Part shown: positions 1 to 11,467 of the stretch, piece by piece
Numbering within the stretch: position 1 is the stretch's first letter
How the letters are laid out: each line of letters begins with the position of its first letter
Assembly (NCBI RefSeq): GCF_000143415.4
Contig: NW_003314350.1
Location: 682,001-746,000 of the forward strand
Direction of reading: 5' to 3'
Length of the DNA: 64,000 bases
DNA from: Selaginella moellendorffii
Taxonomy: Eukaryota > Plantae > Lycopodiophyta
The notes under the pieces: generated by a model
Told to the model about the DNA's origin: nothing
The model's database searches: none
Seen by the model: only the letters and a program-made list of their open reading frames with translations
Program-made: the position numbers and the translations under genes

Positions 1-330
1 TGGTTTTGCCTCAGTCCCTGCCGAAGGGTCCGCACCTTCTGCGCTGCCAGCATCCGCAGTCTTTCGCCTTTTCTTCCGCTTCTCGTCACGCTTTAGCTTG
101 CATACGAGAGTCTCCAGCAGGGCATTGGTCTGCGCCAATTGACCTTCTAGAACGTCCAATCGAGCCTTGGACGACCGAACCTCGCCACCGGACTCCTGTT
201 TGGAAGTTTCCTCACTGGAGTCCTCCTCATGCAAGGATTCCTCATCCATAGCCTCTTGTTCGACCGGAGGCTCCAGCTCTGGCGGAGGTTCCGTCTCCAC
301 CTGGGTTCGCTTACGCCCTGCCCTTGCCAT
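1..330 (-). CDS. gag-like N-terminus (partial): MARAGRKRTQVETEPPPELE...LDVLEGQLAQTNALLETL...KRKKRRK
   Basis: Open 110-codon frame just downstream of the PBS, with acidic, coiled-coil and basic segments. Gag identity is inferred from position only. Confidence 0.6.
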   Translation of the reverse strand, partial: MARAGRKRTQVETEPPPELEPPVEQEAMDEESLHEEDSSEETSKQESGGEVRSSKARLDVLEGQLAQTNALLETLVCKLKRDEKRKKRRKTADAGSAEGADPSAGTEAKP

Positions 331-1179
331 CTCCCAGCAATCCGCCTCTATCCTTCGCTAGAACTGAGGAAAAGGCTCCGATACCAAATTGTAAGCCACA
401 AATTTTTCCTTTCCAATTTGCCAGCTTACCTCGTCTATCCGTCCAACACTGCCTTGGCTTTTGTTAAGTTCCCTCGCCAAGGTTCTCGCCTATGGTACCA
501 ACTCCTACTTGGTTTCAGCTACTCACTGCACGAGCAACGGGGTGTTAGCCATCCTTCCACGGATTCCCAAATCACTCCCAATCCCCCTCCCCGGGTTAGA
601 CTGGACTTAAGGTTCGGCTACACTCCCCGCAAGCACAAGCAACCAAGCACACCAAGCTTCCAGGTTCCTAACATCCCTTGGTACCACAAGACTTGATCAT
701 GGGACCCTCTAAATCCCAAGTCTTGAGTGCAACACTTGCTTCGGGATGCCGGGGCGAAACACCGTGGCCTAGCGGCCCGGTATGGGTACCTCTCGCCCCC
801 CACTTCCATCCCGAAGGAAGGCCCAAGCCCCTAGGAAGGGCGAGGACCAATGAGCCGCATGGTACTCAAGTGGGGCACCACTCCACATGAGCCGGGAGCA
901 CCGCAATCGGTTTCCCTTTCGGGAGTGGGAGCTGCTCTTGAGCACTTCCTTGGATGGCCCCTCCGGCACCAGCCAAGTCCATGCTCACTCCCACCCAAGG
1001 CCCCTCGGTCCCAGTCTCAACCTCAAGTCGGTTTGGAAGCCCAACTGGAGAGTCCCTTCAACTGGTTCCTGGACCTCACTATCCCTACTATACTTTTGGA
1101 ACCCCCTGCAGCCCCTCCCCCCTGGGGGACGCACGCTTTGGGCTTTCACCCCTTGACCCGTATTAGTATTTGGACTTAG

Positions 1180-1440
1180 TCTCTGGCTCGATCTCGGATC
1201 CGATTTCGGATCCGACTTCGGATTCGGTCTCGGACTCGATCGCGGACTCGATCTCGGACCCGATCTCGGGCCCGACCTCGGACTCGACTTTGGACTCGGT
1301 CTCGGACCCGATCTCGGATCTCGGACTCCGTCTCGAACTCGGACTCGAACTCGGTCCCCGAGTCGGTCTCAGACTTGATTCCGGACTCTATCTCGAACTC
1401 GGTCCTAGAGTCGGTCTTGGACTTGATCTTTGACTTGGTC
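1180..1440. repeat. Degenerate 6/12-bp tandem repeat array (ctcgga/ctcgat units) inside the LTR
   Basis: Repeated units such as GATCTCGGACCC, GACTTCGGATTC and GGTCTCGGACTC. Confidence 0.85.
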
Positions 1441-1523
1441 CCATCCGATGAACTCTTTGTCATTTTGGTCATGCTTTCGGGGTTCCTTTAGCCTACGACA
1501 CCTCAGCGGGTTGGTTCTTTACA

Positions 1524-2112
1524 GTGCTATAGTTCTCTAGAATTTAAGAATGATTGATCACATGATCTAGTGTCAATCTTTTCCTCCATAATCAGATTTT
1601 ACACCTCCGGCTACATATTGACAAGCCACTGGAACTCCAGGTTCGATCACTTGTAGCCTTTGAGAAGCTTGTATGCCATCACTCCAAGCCCCCAAACATC
1701 CACTGCCTTTGTGTATGACAATCTCCTGTATCTCTCGATGAAGATATTCTCAGGAGCCATGTACTTCTTTGTCCCACAACACTAGCTCATCTCTCTTGGA
1801 TCGTCGGTTACCACTCCAAATCCACCAATCAGTGGTTCGTCTATGCTTGCATCTTGCAGCTTGGTGAAAACGTTCTCCAGCTTGAGGTCGCGATGGGCAA
1901 CACCCTTCGACTGAGTGTCTCGGCCAGCTTCTTCAGAATCTCGGCTACCTCCTTCTCGCTCAGTGGCCCTTTCATCGCTTGATCCCACAGGCTAGGGCCA
2001 CACAGCTCCATGACTATCGTCCCAAAGCAACACCTGTCAACCTTCTTCTCCCTTTCTCCCTTTTCTCCCTTTTCAGCCCCTGGAGAGAGATAAGATCCTT
2101 GTTCCCTCTTGG
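1524..2112 (-). pseudogene. Ser/Thr kinase pseudogene, copy of 7972-8895
   Basis: Colinear with about 8069-8720 (FGTIVMELCGPSL, HRDLKLENVFTKLQDAS). Has deletions, frameshifts, stops and DFG changed to GFG. Confidence 0.9.
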
Positions 2113-2632
2113 CGCCACTCTCACGCTTAACCATCTTTTCTGCGAACGTTGTGGGCTGTGTTATCAACCGGTCATCAAAAATTAAAGTTCGCATGTTACT
2201 ATTTTTCTATATCCTCAACAACATTATGTAAAGGGTATATTCAACTTCAAAGCGATTTGAATCCTCAGATGTGTAACTGCAGTTACAGCTCATTGTAAAG
2301 CAAAGAAGATTCACAAATTCCATGTAATGCCCTTAGTGGGCATTTAACAACACTTGATTTTTTAAATTCCCTGCACGTAAGCCTGTCTTTCAGTCCTTGG
2401 GGATGTTCCATCTCCTCCCCAAATGCAGTGCTCTCCCACAGTCCCACTTCATCCAAGCGCCACTGGTTCCGGGGATTTCCATAAAAACCACCTTCATCAG
2501 TGGCAGCAAATAGTTCCTCTTTACCTCGGCTCCCTCGAGAGATACTCAATCCTCGAATCCACCACCTTTCTCATCGCACATTCCCTCCATAACCCATAAG
2601 ACCCTCGTCCTTGTCTAGCATCCTCTTCACAC

Positions 2633-3772
2633 ACCACTGGTCTGTTCTTCCTCTACGTTTTGCTGTCTCAGAATTACTTCCCGGACAAGGTCGCGGAGGA
2701 TCTCATCGTTCCAGAGCAAGGCGATGCTCGCAGCGGCTAGAGTTCCAGTGCTATCGCCGCAAATCCTCAGACCCATCGGCGGAAAGCTACTCGCCATCTC
2801 CAGCTCTCATCCACCGCGACGTTACGAGCAAATCCACGCCCGGTGCTCTCGATTGATCCAAGATGACCCAAACGGCGATCACGGCGACTCCCAATTCGTG
2901 GTGTGGATAGCGCCATTTGGATCGCGAGCCTGGGAAACAAGATGCTGGCGATTGCTTCCACTTTTCTCTATGCTCTGCTCATGAACAGAGTTTTTCTCAT
3001 CGCGAGAGATTCGTCCACAGAGAACATGGATCGATTGTTTTGCGAGCCATTCCCAAAGAAGTGTAGTCCACGGACAGATAACTTGATCGAGTTCGCGAAA
3101 TCGTGACAGTGCTTAGAAGATCCGGGCGTGATGAATCGTTGTTGACTGTGAATAATCGGCTCTCCAGGGAGCCAGGAACTCGGACGATCGAAATTTTTTC
3201 TGCAAGGAGCAGCAAAAACTCTTCCAATCGCATGGCTGTTTCGCCGGTCAAACGTCTACTTCGTTCCGGGATTGTTCTTGGTGGGCAGCAGCAGATCGCG
3301 GCGGTAGTGACTTCGCTGGACGAGCGTCACTTTGACGGAGATCTACCTCAACTCCTCCACCGCCGATGGATCGATCGTGAGAGTGGAGCAGCCCAGCCAC
3401 GAGGGGCAGCAGCATACCGGATTTCTCGATCACGACGAGAAGGCTCTCGCGGAGATTTATTTTCTGGGTTGCTCCTGGCACCACTTTCGGCTACATTGGC
3501 CATGGAATGGAGGCATAACCATGTCAAAGAAAGATAGCTTCCTATATCAAACAATTCATACCAAAACTCTCTACATGTCCTAAAAAGAATGGATTAAGAT
3601 TCAAGTTGGTTTGAGTTAAACACCAGGCGCTATAGCTTGACATCTCCATAATCGCAGTTAGACTCCCGAAACGAAAAGAAGCAAGGATCCATAGTTCTTG
3701 CCTTGGAGCAAACATCCCCACCTGATCCAGGCCCAGCCCACATAAGCCAGGGCCTCAACCCGGTTAATCCCT
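2633..3772 (+). pseudogene. Fucosyltransferase pseudogene, copy of about 9604-11220, with deletions and two internal inversions (about 3061-3180 and 3503-3772)
   Basis: Direct match to the FUT gene. 3061-3180 is the reverse complement of about 10047-10216, and 3503-3772 of about 10878-11220. Confidence 0.9.
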
Positions 3773-3987
3773 GAGCTTGGATGTTACAAAAAAGAATCCA
3801 CGATTAAGATGTGCGAGGATAAATTTATAGCAAGAAATGGCATAGCTTCTGTAATTATCATTCACATGATAGACGTTTTTCAATTTATAAGATTTGCATG
3901 ATGGGTGATTCTCCTCTTTTTGTTTCCATGGCCGTGCAAGTTGTAGTTCCAGTGGGATCAAACTCCTGGTGAAGTTTTCGTGTATGA

Positions 3988-4350
3988 ATGTCTTCTTTGG
4001 ACTCGGCAGTGCCAAGCCTGCAAGAATGATCGCGTTGATAACTTCTTCCAGGAGCCTGTCTCAAGCCAAGCTGATCCAAAGTCGGGTTTTTTCCAGCAGC
4101 CACCAAGGGACTTTTCTGTTGAATCTTCACATCAAATGTATGGGAGATGTGGACATGTGGCCGTTGCTTGCTCGGTCTTCGATGCTGTAGAACTCACTTG
4201 GAATTTGATGCTGTCAGCATATGCCAAGAACGGGCATTTGCAGAGGGCTAAAGAGGTTTAAGACTCCATGCCTGGGAAGGACTTAGTTTCATGCAATGGA
4301 ATGCTTGCTGCGTACTCTCAGGCCGGGAAACTGGGTGACGCTGTCGGGTT
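3988..4350 (+). pseudogene. 5' fragment of a PPR gene, copy of about 11468-11845
   Basis: LITSSRSLSQAK and TWNLMLSAYAKNGHLQRAKEV* match the intact PPR, with indels and a TAC>TAA stop. Confidence 0.9.
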
Positions 4351-4805
4351 TTTTGGAGCGAAGAGTCTTAGATAACCGAAGCAGGGACAACACTGTGTAT
4401 ATTGTTGGAGGCAAGCTGCCAGTGGTCGTCTCTGCGATGTGCTGGTAGAGTTTGGGCTTGGCTGCCTGTTTCGCTGATGCCCGATTCTTGAAGGTTTTGG
4501 ATTTGGGGAATATGTGTAAGGTTCTGGTTTCCTTGCTCAAACCATGGATGGTGATTACAACCTGAAAGAAGAGTGACACTTCGCTTGGATGACACACGTA
4601 TGTTTTTGTGCAAGGCCTCGTCAAGGACTCGGCCTCCTAAGGTGGCAACACGCATATCAATGAGGGTTCTATCTTCAAGCCCGATTCCTTTAATTCGAGG
4701 TTATAACAGAAATTCTTTTAATTAATTAAAGACTAATTTAGAGTCTTAGAACATTCTTAAACAATATAAGTTTAAATCCTTTTAAACGAGAAAAGTTCAG
4801 ATGAA

Positions 4806-5639
4806 TGGATGTTCGGGCAAAGTGGCGGCAAACTGTGAAGCAAGCCACCAAAGTCTAAGTTCTTCTTTAGTAAGTTGTTATATAAGATCAGTGGCTTGCT
4901 AGATTGGTAAAGGTCTGGATACTCTCAAGTGGCTACTGGCTTGAAGCTGTGATTAACTTTCAGAGTTTCTGGTTCTTAATCCCTATTGCCACAGGTTGAT
5001 GAAATACGCCCCTCTGCACATACTTTGAATAAATGTGGCTGGTTGGACAAGTCTTTTTTCAGATCGTTCTTAGGTTAAAGTTAAAGAAGTCGAAAGTCGA
5101 AGTTATTTTATATAAGTGACAGAAAAGTTGAATCTAGATCCAGTAAATTTCATCCAAATATGCACGTAAAATTGGCCTCTTCATGACAAACAGGAAGAAA
5201 GGGGTAGATTTGAGGTGATAATCCAAGAAGGGAAACTGGTCTATAAGGCAACTGGCATTCCTGTCCATGAAACTTATTCTCCTACATTCTTGTTTGTAAT
5301 GGATCCAAATGGGATATATGCTGCTGAGGTAGGCATCCCTATTATTCTATACAAATTCGTCTCTTCCTTCCAGAAAAAAGATGGTTACCAGCAAGACTCC
5401 TTGCATACATTCAACATTCCTGCTGCTCTTATGGCTCCAGCTGCTACAAAACTTGAATGATAAAGGCAAGAGATTTTTTATTTTCAAATGATTGTGACCA
5501 AAGGTATATATATTGTTTCAGAGTGAACAATTCCAATGGACATTATAAACCAAATTCCTCAACCTTGCACAACTTCCTTGACAAGTTGAGCAAAAGAGGT
5601 GTTAATACATCTTTAGTGAAAATTTCTACTTTAAGCTAA
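4806..5639 (+). pseudogene. IQM-family (IQ-motif, calmodulin-binding) gene remnant
   Basis: Peptides KWRQTVKQATKV / IGKGL / YWLEA / ERGRFEVIIQEGKLVYK / FLFVMD / NGHYKP...NFLDKL...GVN follow the IQM motif order. Frames are broken. Confidence 0.55.
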
Positions 5640-6075
5640 AAAAAATTTCTATCCAATTTGCCAATTTACTTTGTATATTCGACTACCTCTACTTTGGCTT
5701 CAATTAATTTCCCTTCCCAAGGTTCCATCAGTTCTTAAAACATGACTGTTGAATTGAAAAAGCATATTCTAGCATATATTCTTACTACTTACCCTACTTG
5801 GATTTAGCTAATTAGCCATCTATTCAGGGATTACAATTAGGCTAAATAGATTTAAACTAAGCAGTATATTCTATGAAACTATTTGAAATAGGGAATATCC
5901 ATGCCCTACTTTAGGAACTCACTTTTTTCTTTTTCTTTTTCTTTATCTTTATTAAATATATTTATAATAAAAATTTAATAGAAAACTTTAAAAATATTAT
6001 AATATTTTTATAAAAAATATTTTTTAACAAAAGACACAAATTTCTTATATATTAGAGCTAATTAAGTATAGACTT

Positions 6076-6969
6076 ATGAAAATATTATTGTTTTTATTTT
6101 TATATTTTCTATTTTTAATTAAAAATATAGTTTATGGAAGAGCAACTGTAGAATGGGGTAATAATAACACACTCACTGAAAATGAAATTAACCTTATAAT
6201 TAATAATGGATTCTTAGATCTTTTAACTCACATTAAAAATTATCATTCATATTCAAGAAATTTTAAGAATTTAACTGTTTTAAATATTGGCAGGGGTGTA
6301 TTTGCTGTAAGAATTGAGCGTGTGGATGGAGAGCCACCATATTGTTCAACTGGTCAAACTGAAAATACAATTATTGGTATGAGAATCAAAGAAGCTGTTA
6401 GATACTTAGTCAATACATATAATGCTACAATGATTGCAGCAAAATCTGATGTATGCAAGATTATATCTCAAAATTATATAATTCAATATTCAGTTGTGTT
6501 TTGGTGGAGACTAACCTTAAGTAAAGTTAATAGTTTGTTTACATCTTATCTTTCATATGATAATTGTGATACTACCTTAACTACTTTAAATGCTGGTTTT
6601 TCAGACCATGTGTTATATACAGGCCAATTTTTGGTATCCCCAAATCGCAAAAATGTATTATTAATAGAAATAAATTGTAAAGTTTCACTTTATTCAGGAA
6701 AAAATTTATTATGGAGATCTGATATCACATTTGATTTTATTGGTCAATGTAAGCTTGATCTTCAAAAAGATGGGAATTTGGTATTATATACTGATAAGAA
6801 AATAAAAATGTGGTCAATTGATCATTATTGTTATAATCAACCAGATTGTATACTTCTTACTTATCTTAGTTTATTAAATAATTGCAACTTAGTAATTTAT
6901 GAGGCTAATAGTCCAAATGCTATTTGGTGGGAAACAAAAACTACTAATCATTTCGGTTGTTTAAAATAA
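6076..6969 (+). CDS. Secreted protein: signal peptide + uncharacterised N-terminal domain + C-terminal bulb-type (GNA/B) lectin domain
   Basis: Hydrophobic N-terminus; LYTGQFL, LLWRS, LDLQKDGNLVLY (QxDxNxVxY mannose site), LLNNCNLVIY and IWWETKT. Intronless and very AT-rich. Confidence 0.8.
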   Translation: MKILLFLFLYFLFLIKNIVYGRATVEWGNNNTLTENEINLIINNGFLDLLTHIKNYHSYSRNFKNLTVLNIGRGVFAVRIERVDGEPPYCSTGQTENTIIGMRIKEAVRYLVNTYNATMIAAKSDVCKIISQNYIIQYSVVFWWRLTLSKVNSLFTSYLSYDNCDTTLTTLNAGFSDHVLYTGQFLVSPNRKNVLLIEINCKVSLYSGKNLLWRSDITFDFIGQCKLDLQKDGNLVLYTDKKIKMWSIDHYCYNQPDCILLTYLSLLNNCNLVIYEANSPNAIWWETKTTNHFGCLK

Positions 6970-7971
6970 TACTTAAGATTTATATTAGTCATGTAAAACT
7001 TTATTAAGCGCAATTTAATTTACAATAGTTTAGTATCCAAATGAAAATTAGAGGGACCAAGAGTGAATTAAATTGCATGCAAGGTCTTTTCTCTTTTGTT
7101 GTGCTCTGAGTGGAATATTATATTCAGATCTAATGCTTCCATCATTCCTTGCCATGTAGAACCATCCAACTTAAAATTTGATACTTCCATCATGTTTTAC
7201 CAAATCTCTATTAGAGTGAGTGAAAGGCGTCAAAATCATAATTGAAACTTTTATTAAATTTTTTTGAAATTCTTTGTTTAAGCTATTGTTAAATAGCTTT
7301 ATTTAATTATAGTTTCTTTTTATTGAGCATGAAAAGCATGATAAAATTTAACTATAATACGGTTAACCAAGGACAATATGGTACGGAAAAGAAAAAGAAA
7401 AAGAAATGTTTAAAATATTATGTTATTATCTTGGTATTTTCTTCATGTCTGAAGATTGTTTTTAATATGCAGAGTCCAAGTGACAAGAGTTAGTTCATTG
7501 ATACTACAAGCTTTAGCCAGTTTGCCTATGAAATTTGCTATATCACATCAACCTTAGAACGAGCTTTCATAACCAAAGAGCTGTCTACTCACACAAGGTA
7601 ACTGTGCTTGAGTTCCTAATATGTGCAAGAATGCAAAATATAAATGAGGGAGCAAGCATCATCTTTACAGTGGCACTATCATTGTTTTAGGTAATCAGGA
7701 AATGAGAGAAGATCATCTTCTATGCACTTGTTGGTTATGAGGCTTTACAACCTTCTTAAGGTGTTTGATGGCTGTTTTTTATTGTTTCCTTGTAACTCCA
7801 TGGTAATAATGTAGCTGCTTTCGAAGGATTGGGTTTAATGACAAGTTACACCATTAAGGATTGGTTGTTGCAGCCGAGCTACAACGAAACTTATGACAAT
7901 TTTAAACATCTTTTCAAAAACTTGGTTAAAACATATTTAACTTTAGATGAGCTTTGGTGTAGAAGTTTTGG

Positions 7972-8895
7972 CTAAACCACCCTAAGTTTCTTCACAGCTG
8001 GATGGCTAGAGTGTGGAGTGCTTCTCTTCCCTCCACAACAACTTGTGATATTGGCAGTAGCCCGTGTGGTGCTACAGTTCTCTAGAATCCAAGGATGATT
8101 GATCACTTGATCTAGTGCCAATCTCTTCCTGGGATCCAAGTCCAGCATGCCCATAATCAGATGTTTCGCCTCTGGTGACAGATTGGCAGGCCACTGGAAC
8201 TCCCCCTCGCGCAGCAAATCCATCTCCAGGTTCGATCGGTTGTAGCCCTTGAGGAGTTCGTATGCGATCACTCCAAGCCCCCAAACATCCACCGCCTTCG
8301 TGTAAAACAGCCCATATCTCTCGACAAAGATAAGCTCGGGAGCCATGTACTTCTCAGTCCCGCAGCTCTGGCTCATCTCTCTGGCATCGTCGGTCGCCAC
8401 TCCAAAATCCCCAATCACTGGCCTGATCGTGCTTGCATCTTGCAGCTTGGTGAAAACGTTCTCCAGCTTGAGATCGCGATGGACAATACCACTCGAGTGG
8501 ACGCCCTTGAGCGTCTCAGCGAGCTCCTTAACGATCTCGGCTACCTCCTCCTCACTCAGTGGCCCTTTCATCGCTAGATCGCGCAGGCTAGGGCCACAAA
8601 GTTCCATGACCATCGTCCCAAAGCAACGCCCGCCAACCTTCCTCTCCCTCCTCAGCCCATGGAGGAAGACAACTCCAGGAATGGGGCGAAGCTTGTCCAA
8701 GATCCTTGTCTCCCTCTCGGCACAACTCTCCGACTTAAACATCTTTCCTGCGTACCTATGGCGGTGGCGGGCTGCGTCGCTCAGCAAGTAGACTTGGCCC
8801 TGTCCTCCATGCCCCAACTTCTCGTGTCTAATGTACCACTTGAGAAGCTCGCCACACTCGTCATCTCTAAACTCGCCATCCTCGAGCGCCATCAC
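7972..8895 (-). CDS. Intronless Ser/Thr protein kinase (CAMK-group-like)
   Basis: LGHGGQGQV, AGK, HRDLKLEN, DFG, CGTEKYMAPE, DVWGLG, HPW. Confidence 0.92.
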   Translation of the reverse strand: MMALEDGEFRDDECGELLKWYIRHEKLGHGGQGQVYLLSDAARHRHRYAGKMFKSESCAERETRILDKLRPIPGVVFLHGLRRERKVGGRCFGTMVMELCGPSLRDLAMKGPLSEEEVAEIVKELAETLKGVHSSGIVHRDLKLENVFTKLQDASTIRPVIGDFGVATDDAREMSQSCGTEKYMAPELIFVERYGLFYTKAVDVWGLGVIAYELLKGYNRSNLEMDLLREGEFQWPANLSPEAKHLIMGMLDLDPRKRLALDQVINHPWILENCSTTRATANITSCCGGKRSTPHSSHPAVKKLRVV

Positions 8896-9547
8896 GTCTT
8901 CCCCTTTTTCTCGCTTGGTTTTAAGAAAACCTAGCTTCCCACAGGTTTAATGATCGCGAAAAGGCCATTACTTTTATTAAACTAAAAACTTCACCAGTAA
9001 AAAACTGACCATTGTAAAAGACCATTTTAAGATCCAATGGCTAATATTTTTTGGTTTGCTTAAGGGAAGGGGAGTTAAGATGGTAGTGAATATACTTAAA
9101 ATATGCTTGAAAATTTAAAATATTCTACCATCTAACGGTTCTTATTCATTTAGATTAATTTTGTATTTATAATTTTAAAACATGTTTATACTTTCTTAAA
9201 CACTTTCTAGTATATTCTATTTTATTCTACCGGTTGGTATTGCAATAAAATTAATCTTGTGTTTATAAATTACAAACATGCTTATAATTATAAATTTTTA
9301 TTTGATCAATTAGATTAATAATTAAGAATAACACTACTATTAAGCAAACAAACTCGTAACAAATTATTATTACTTAGAATAATTTATATGGAATTAAAGG
9401 TGATCGCTATTTTATAATTACCCTCCAGGGTTGACCAGCGCGTTGTTTGATGCAGTCGGAGTTTTACGTGTACATGCAAACCAGCCAAGCACGGAAGCTT
9501 CACGAGCAGAGTTATGACTATGCGCACGATCATTCCCTTCGTGAAGA

Positions 9548-11083
9548 ATGGAGAGAGTCGCGAAAATGGCGTCTTACTCCAACCCAAAATCCATCGCTCT
9601 GATTACCACTGGTCTCTTCTTCCTCTACGTTTTGCTGTCTCAGAATCACTTTCCGGACAAGATCGTGGAAGATCTCATCGTTCCAGAGCAAGGCGATGCT
9701 CGCCAGTGCCGGAGCCGCGTAGAGTTCCAGTCCTATCGCCGCAAATCGACAGACCCATCGGCGGAAAGCTACTCGCCATCGCCAGCTCTCATCCACCGCC
9801 TGCGACGCTACGAGCAAATCCACGCCCGGTGCTCTCGATTGATCCGAGATGATCCAAACGGCGATCACGGCGACTGCCAATTCGTGGTGTGGATCGCGCC
9901 ATTTGGATCGCAGGGCCTGGGGAACAAGATGCTGGCGATTGCTTCCACTTTTCTCTATGCTCTGCTCACGAACAGAGTTTTACTCATCGCGAGAGATTCG
10001 TCCGCAGAGAACATGGATCGATTGTTCTGCGAGCCATTCCCAAAGAGTTCCTGGCTCCTTCCCAGACCTCTGGAGATCCGATTATCCACAGTCAACGATT
10101 CATCGCGGATCGGCCAAGCCCCGGATCTAAAAATCACTCCTCAGCACTGTCACGATTTCGCGAGCTCGATCAAGTTTCCAGATGTGGCCTACTCGTATCT
10201 GTCCGTGGACTACACCCCGGACGATCGAAAATTCTTCTGCAAGGAGCAGCAAAAACTCTTGCAATCGCAGGTAACGTGGCTGTTTCTCCGGTCAAACGTC
10301 TACTTTGCTCCGGGATTGTTCTTGGTGGAATCCTTCCGGAGTGATCTCGCGAAGCTCTTCCCCCAGCAGCAGGCGATCTTCCACCACTTGAGCCGCTATC
10401 TCTTCCATCCCATCGATCCGGTGTGGGATCGCACAGCGCGGTTCTACGACTCATATCTCGCGCGCGCCGACCGCGTAGTCGGCATCCAAATGAGAGTTCC
10501 TCCACACTTGCAAGGAGTTCGTCAAAACCTGGCGGCGGAGGTGTTCCAATGCGCCGTGGAGACAAAGATCCTTCCCAATATCAGCAAGAACAACGTCGAG
10601 AGGATCAAGCTCCGCTCCTCGATCAGCTCGCAGCAGCAGCAGATCGCGGCGGTGGTGACTTCGCTGGATGAGCACCACTTTGACGTGCTGCGAGAGATCT
10701 ACCTCAACTCCTCCACCGCCGATGGATCGATCGTGAGAGTGGAGCAGCCCAGCCACGAGGGGCAGCAGCACACCGGATTTCTCGATCACGATGAGAAGGC
10801 TCTCGCGGAGATTTACTTGCTGGGGCTCAGCGATGTGCTGATCACGAGTCCTGGCTCCACTTTCGGCTACATTGGCCAGGGATTAGCCGGGTTGAGGCCT
10901 TGGCTTATGTGGGCTGGGCCTGGCTCAGGCAGGGACATTTGCTCCAAGGCAAGAACTATGGATCCTTGCTTCTTTTCGTTTGGGGAGTCTAACTGCGATT
11001 GTGGAGAGGCTGTCAAGCTTGACAATGTGGAGCGGTGTCAAGATTGGCCTATAGCGCCTGGTGTTCAACTCAAAACAACTTGA
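9548..11083 (+). CDS. GT37 xyloglucan/galactoside 2-alpha-L-fucosyltransferase
   Basis: Type II membrane anchor; GLGNKMLAIASTFLYALLTNRVLL, LFCEPFP, FHHLSRYLFHP, QPSHEGQQ, ALAEIYLL, STFGY. Confidence 0.93.
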   Translation: MERVAKMASYSNPKSIALITTGLFFLYVLLSQNHFPDKIVEDLIVPEQGDARQCRSRVEFQSYRRKSTDPSAESYSPSPALIHRLRRYEQIHARCSRLIRDDPNGDHGDCQFVVWIAPFGSQGLGNKMLAIASTFLYALLTNRVLLIARDSSAENMDRLFCEPFPKSSWLLPRPLEIRLSTVNDSSRIGQAPDLKITPQHCHDFASSIKFPDVAYSYLSVDYTPDDRKFFCKEQQKLLQSQVTWLFLRSNVYFAPGLFLVESFRSDLAKLFPQQQAIFHHLSRYLFHPIDPVWDRTARFYDSYLARADRVVGIQMRVPPHLQGVRQNLAAEVFQCAVETKILPNISKNNVERIKLRSSISSQQQQIAAVVTSLDEHHFDVLREIYLNSSTADGSIVRVEQPSHEGQQHTGFLDHDEKALAEIYLLGLSDVLITSPGSTFGYIGQGLAGLRPWLMWAGPGSGRDICSKARTMDPCFFSFGESNCDCGEAVKLDNVERCQDWPIAPGVQLKTT

Positions 11084-11467
11084 ATCTTTATCCATTCTTT
11101 TTAGGACATGTAGAGAGTTCTATTGTGTCTTCCAATGTGGACCATTTTTGTATGAATTGTTTGATATGCAACTAATTTCAAGGAAGTTATCTTTCTTTGA
11201 CGTGGTTCTGCCTCCCATTCAACGAGCTTGGATGTTACAAAAAGGAATCCACGACTAAGATGTGCGAGGATAAATTCTAGAACAAGAAATGACATAGCAA
11301 AGTCATATCAAGATGTTTAGTGATTCACGTCGTGAAGCCCGCCACTTTGATACGCTCATAGGCACCCACGATCGTTAAAAAATTATACAAGATGTTACAA
11401 ACAAACATTTCTTCTTTCCATGATGTAAGTTGTTATCAAACTCCTGGTGACAAGTTTTCGTGTATGA

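Larger units (their letters stand above)
1..1523 (-). mobile_element. 5' end of an LTR retrotransposon (5' LTR 390-1523, PBS, start of gag-like ORF); continues beyond the window start
   Basis: On the minus strand the segment starts TGTAA at 1523 and ends TTACA at 390. It is followed by TGGTATCGGAGC (375-386; tRNA-iMet-type PBS with one wobble) and an ATG at 330 opening a frame to base 1. The outer end abuts the kinase pseudogene. Confidence 0.8.

Noticed and set aside
1170-1472. SD-rich and RD/ES-rich ORFs on both strands
   Set aside because: Translations of the LTR minisatellite.
2283-2549. 88-aa minus-strand ORF between the kinase and FUT pseudogenes
   Set aside because: No ATG start and no recognisable motif.
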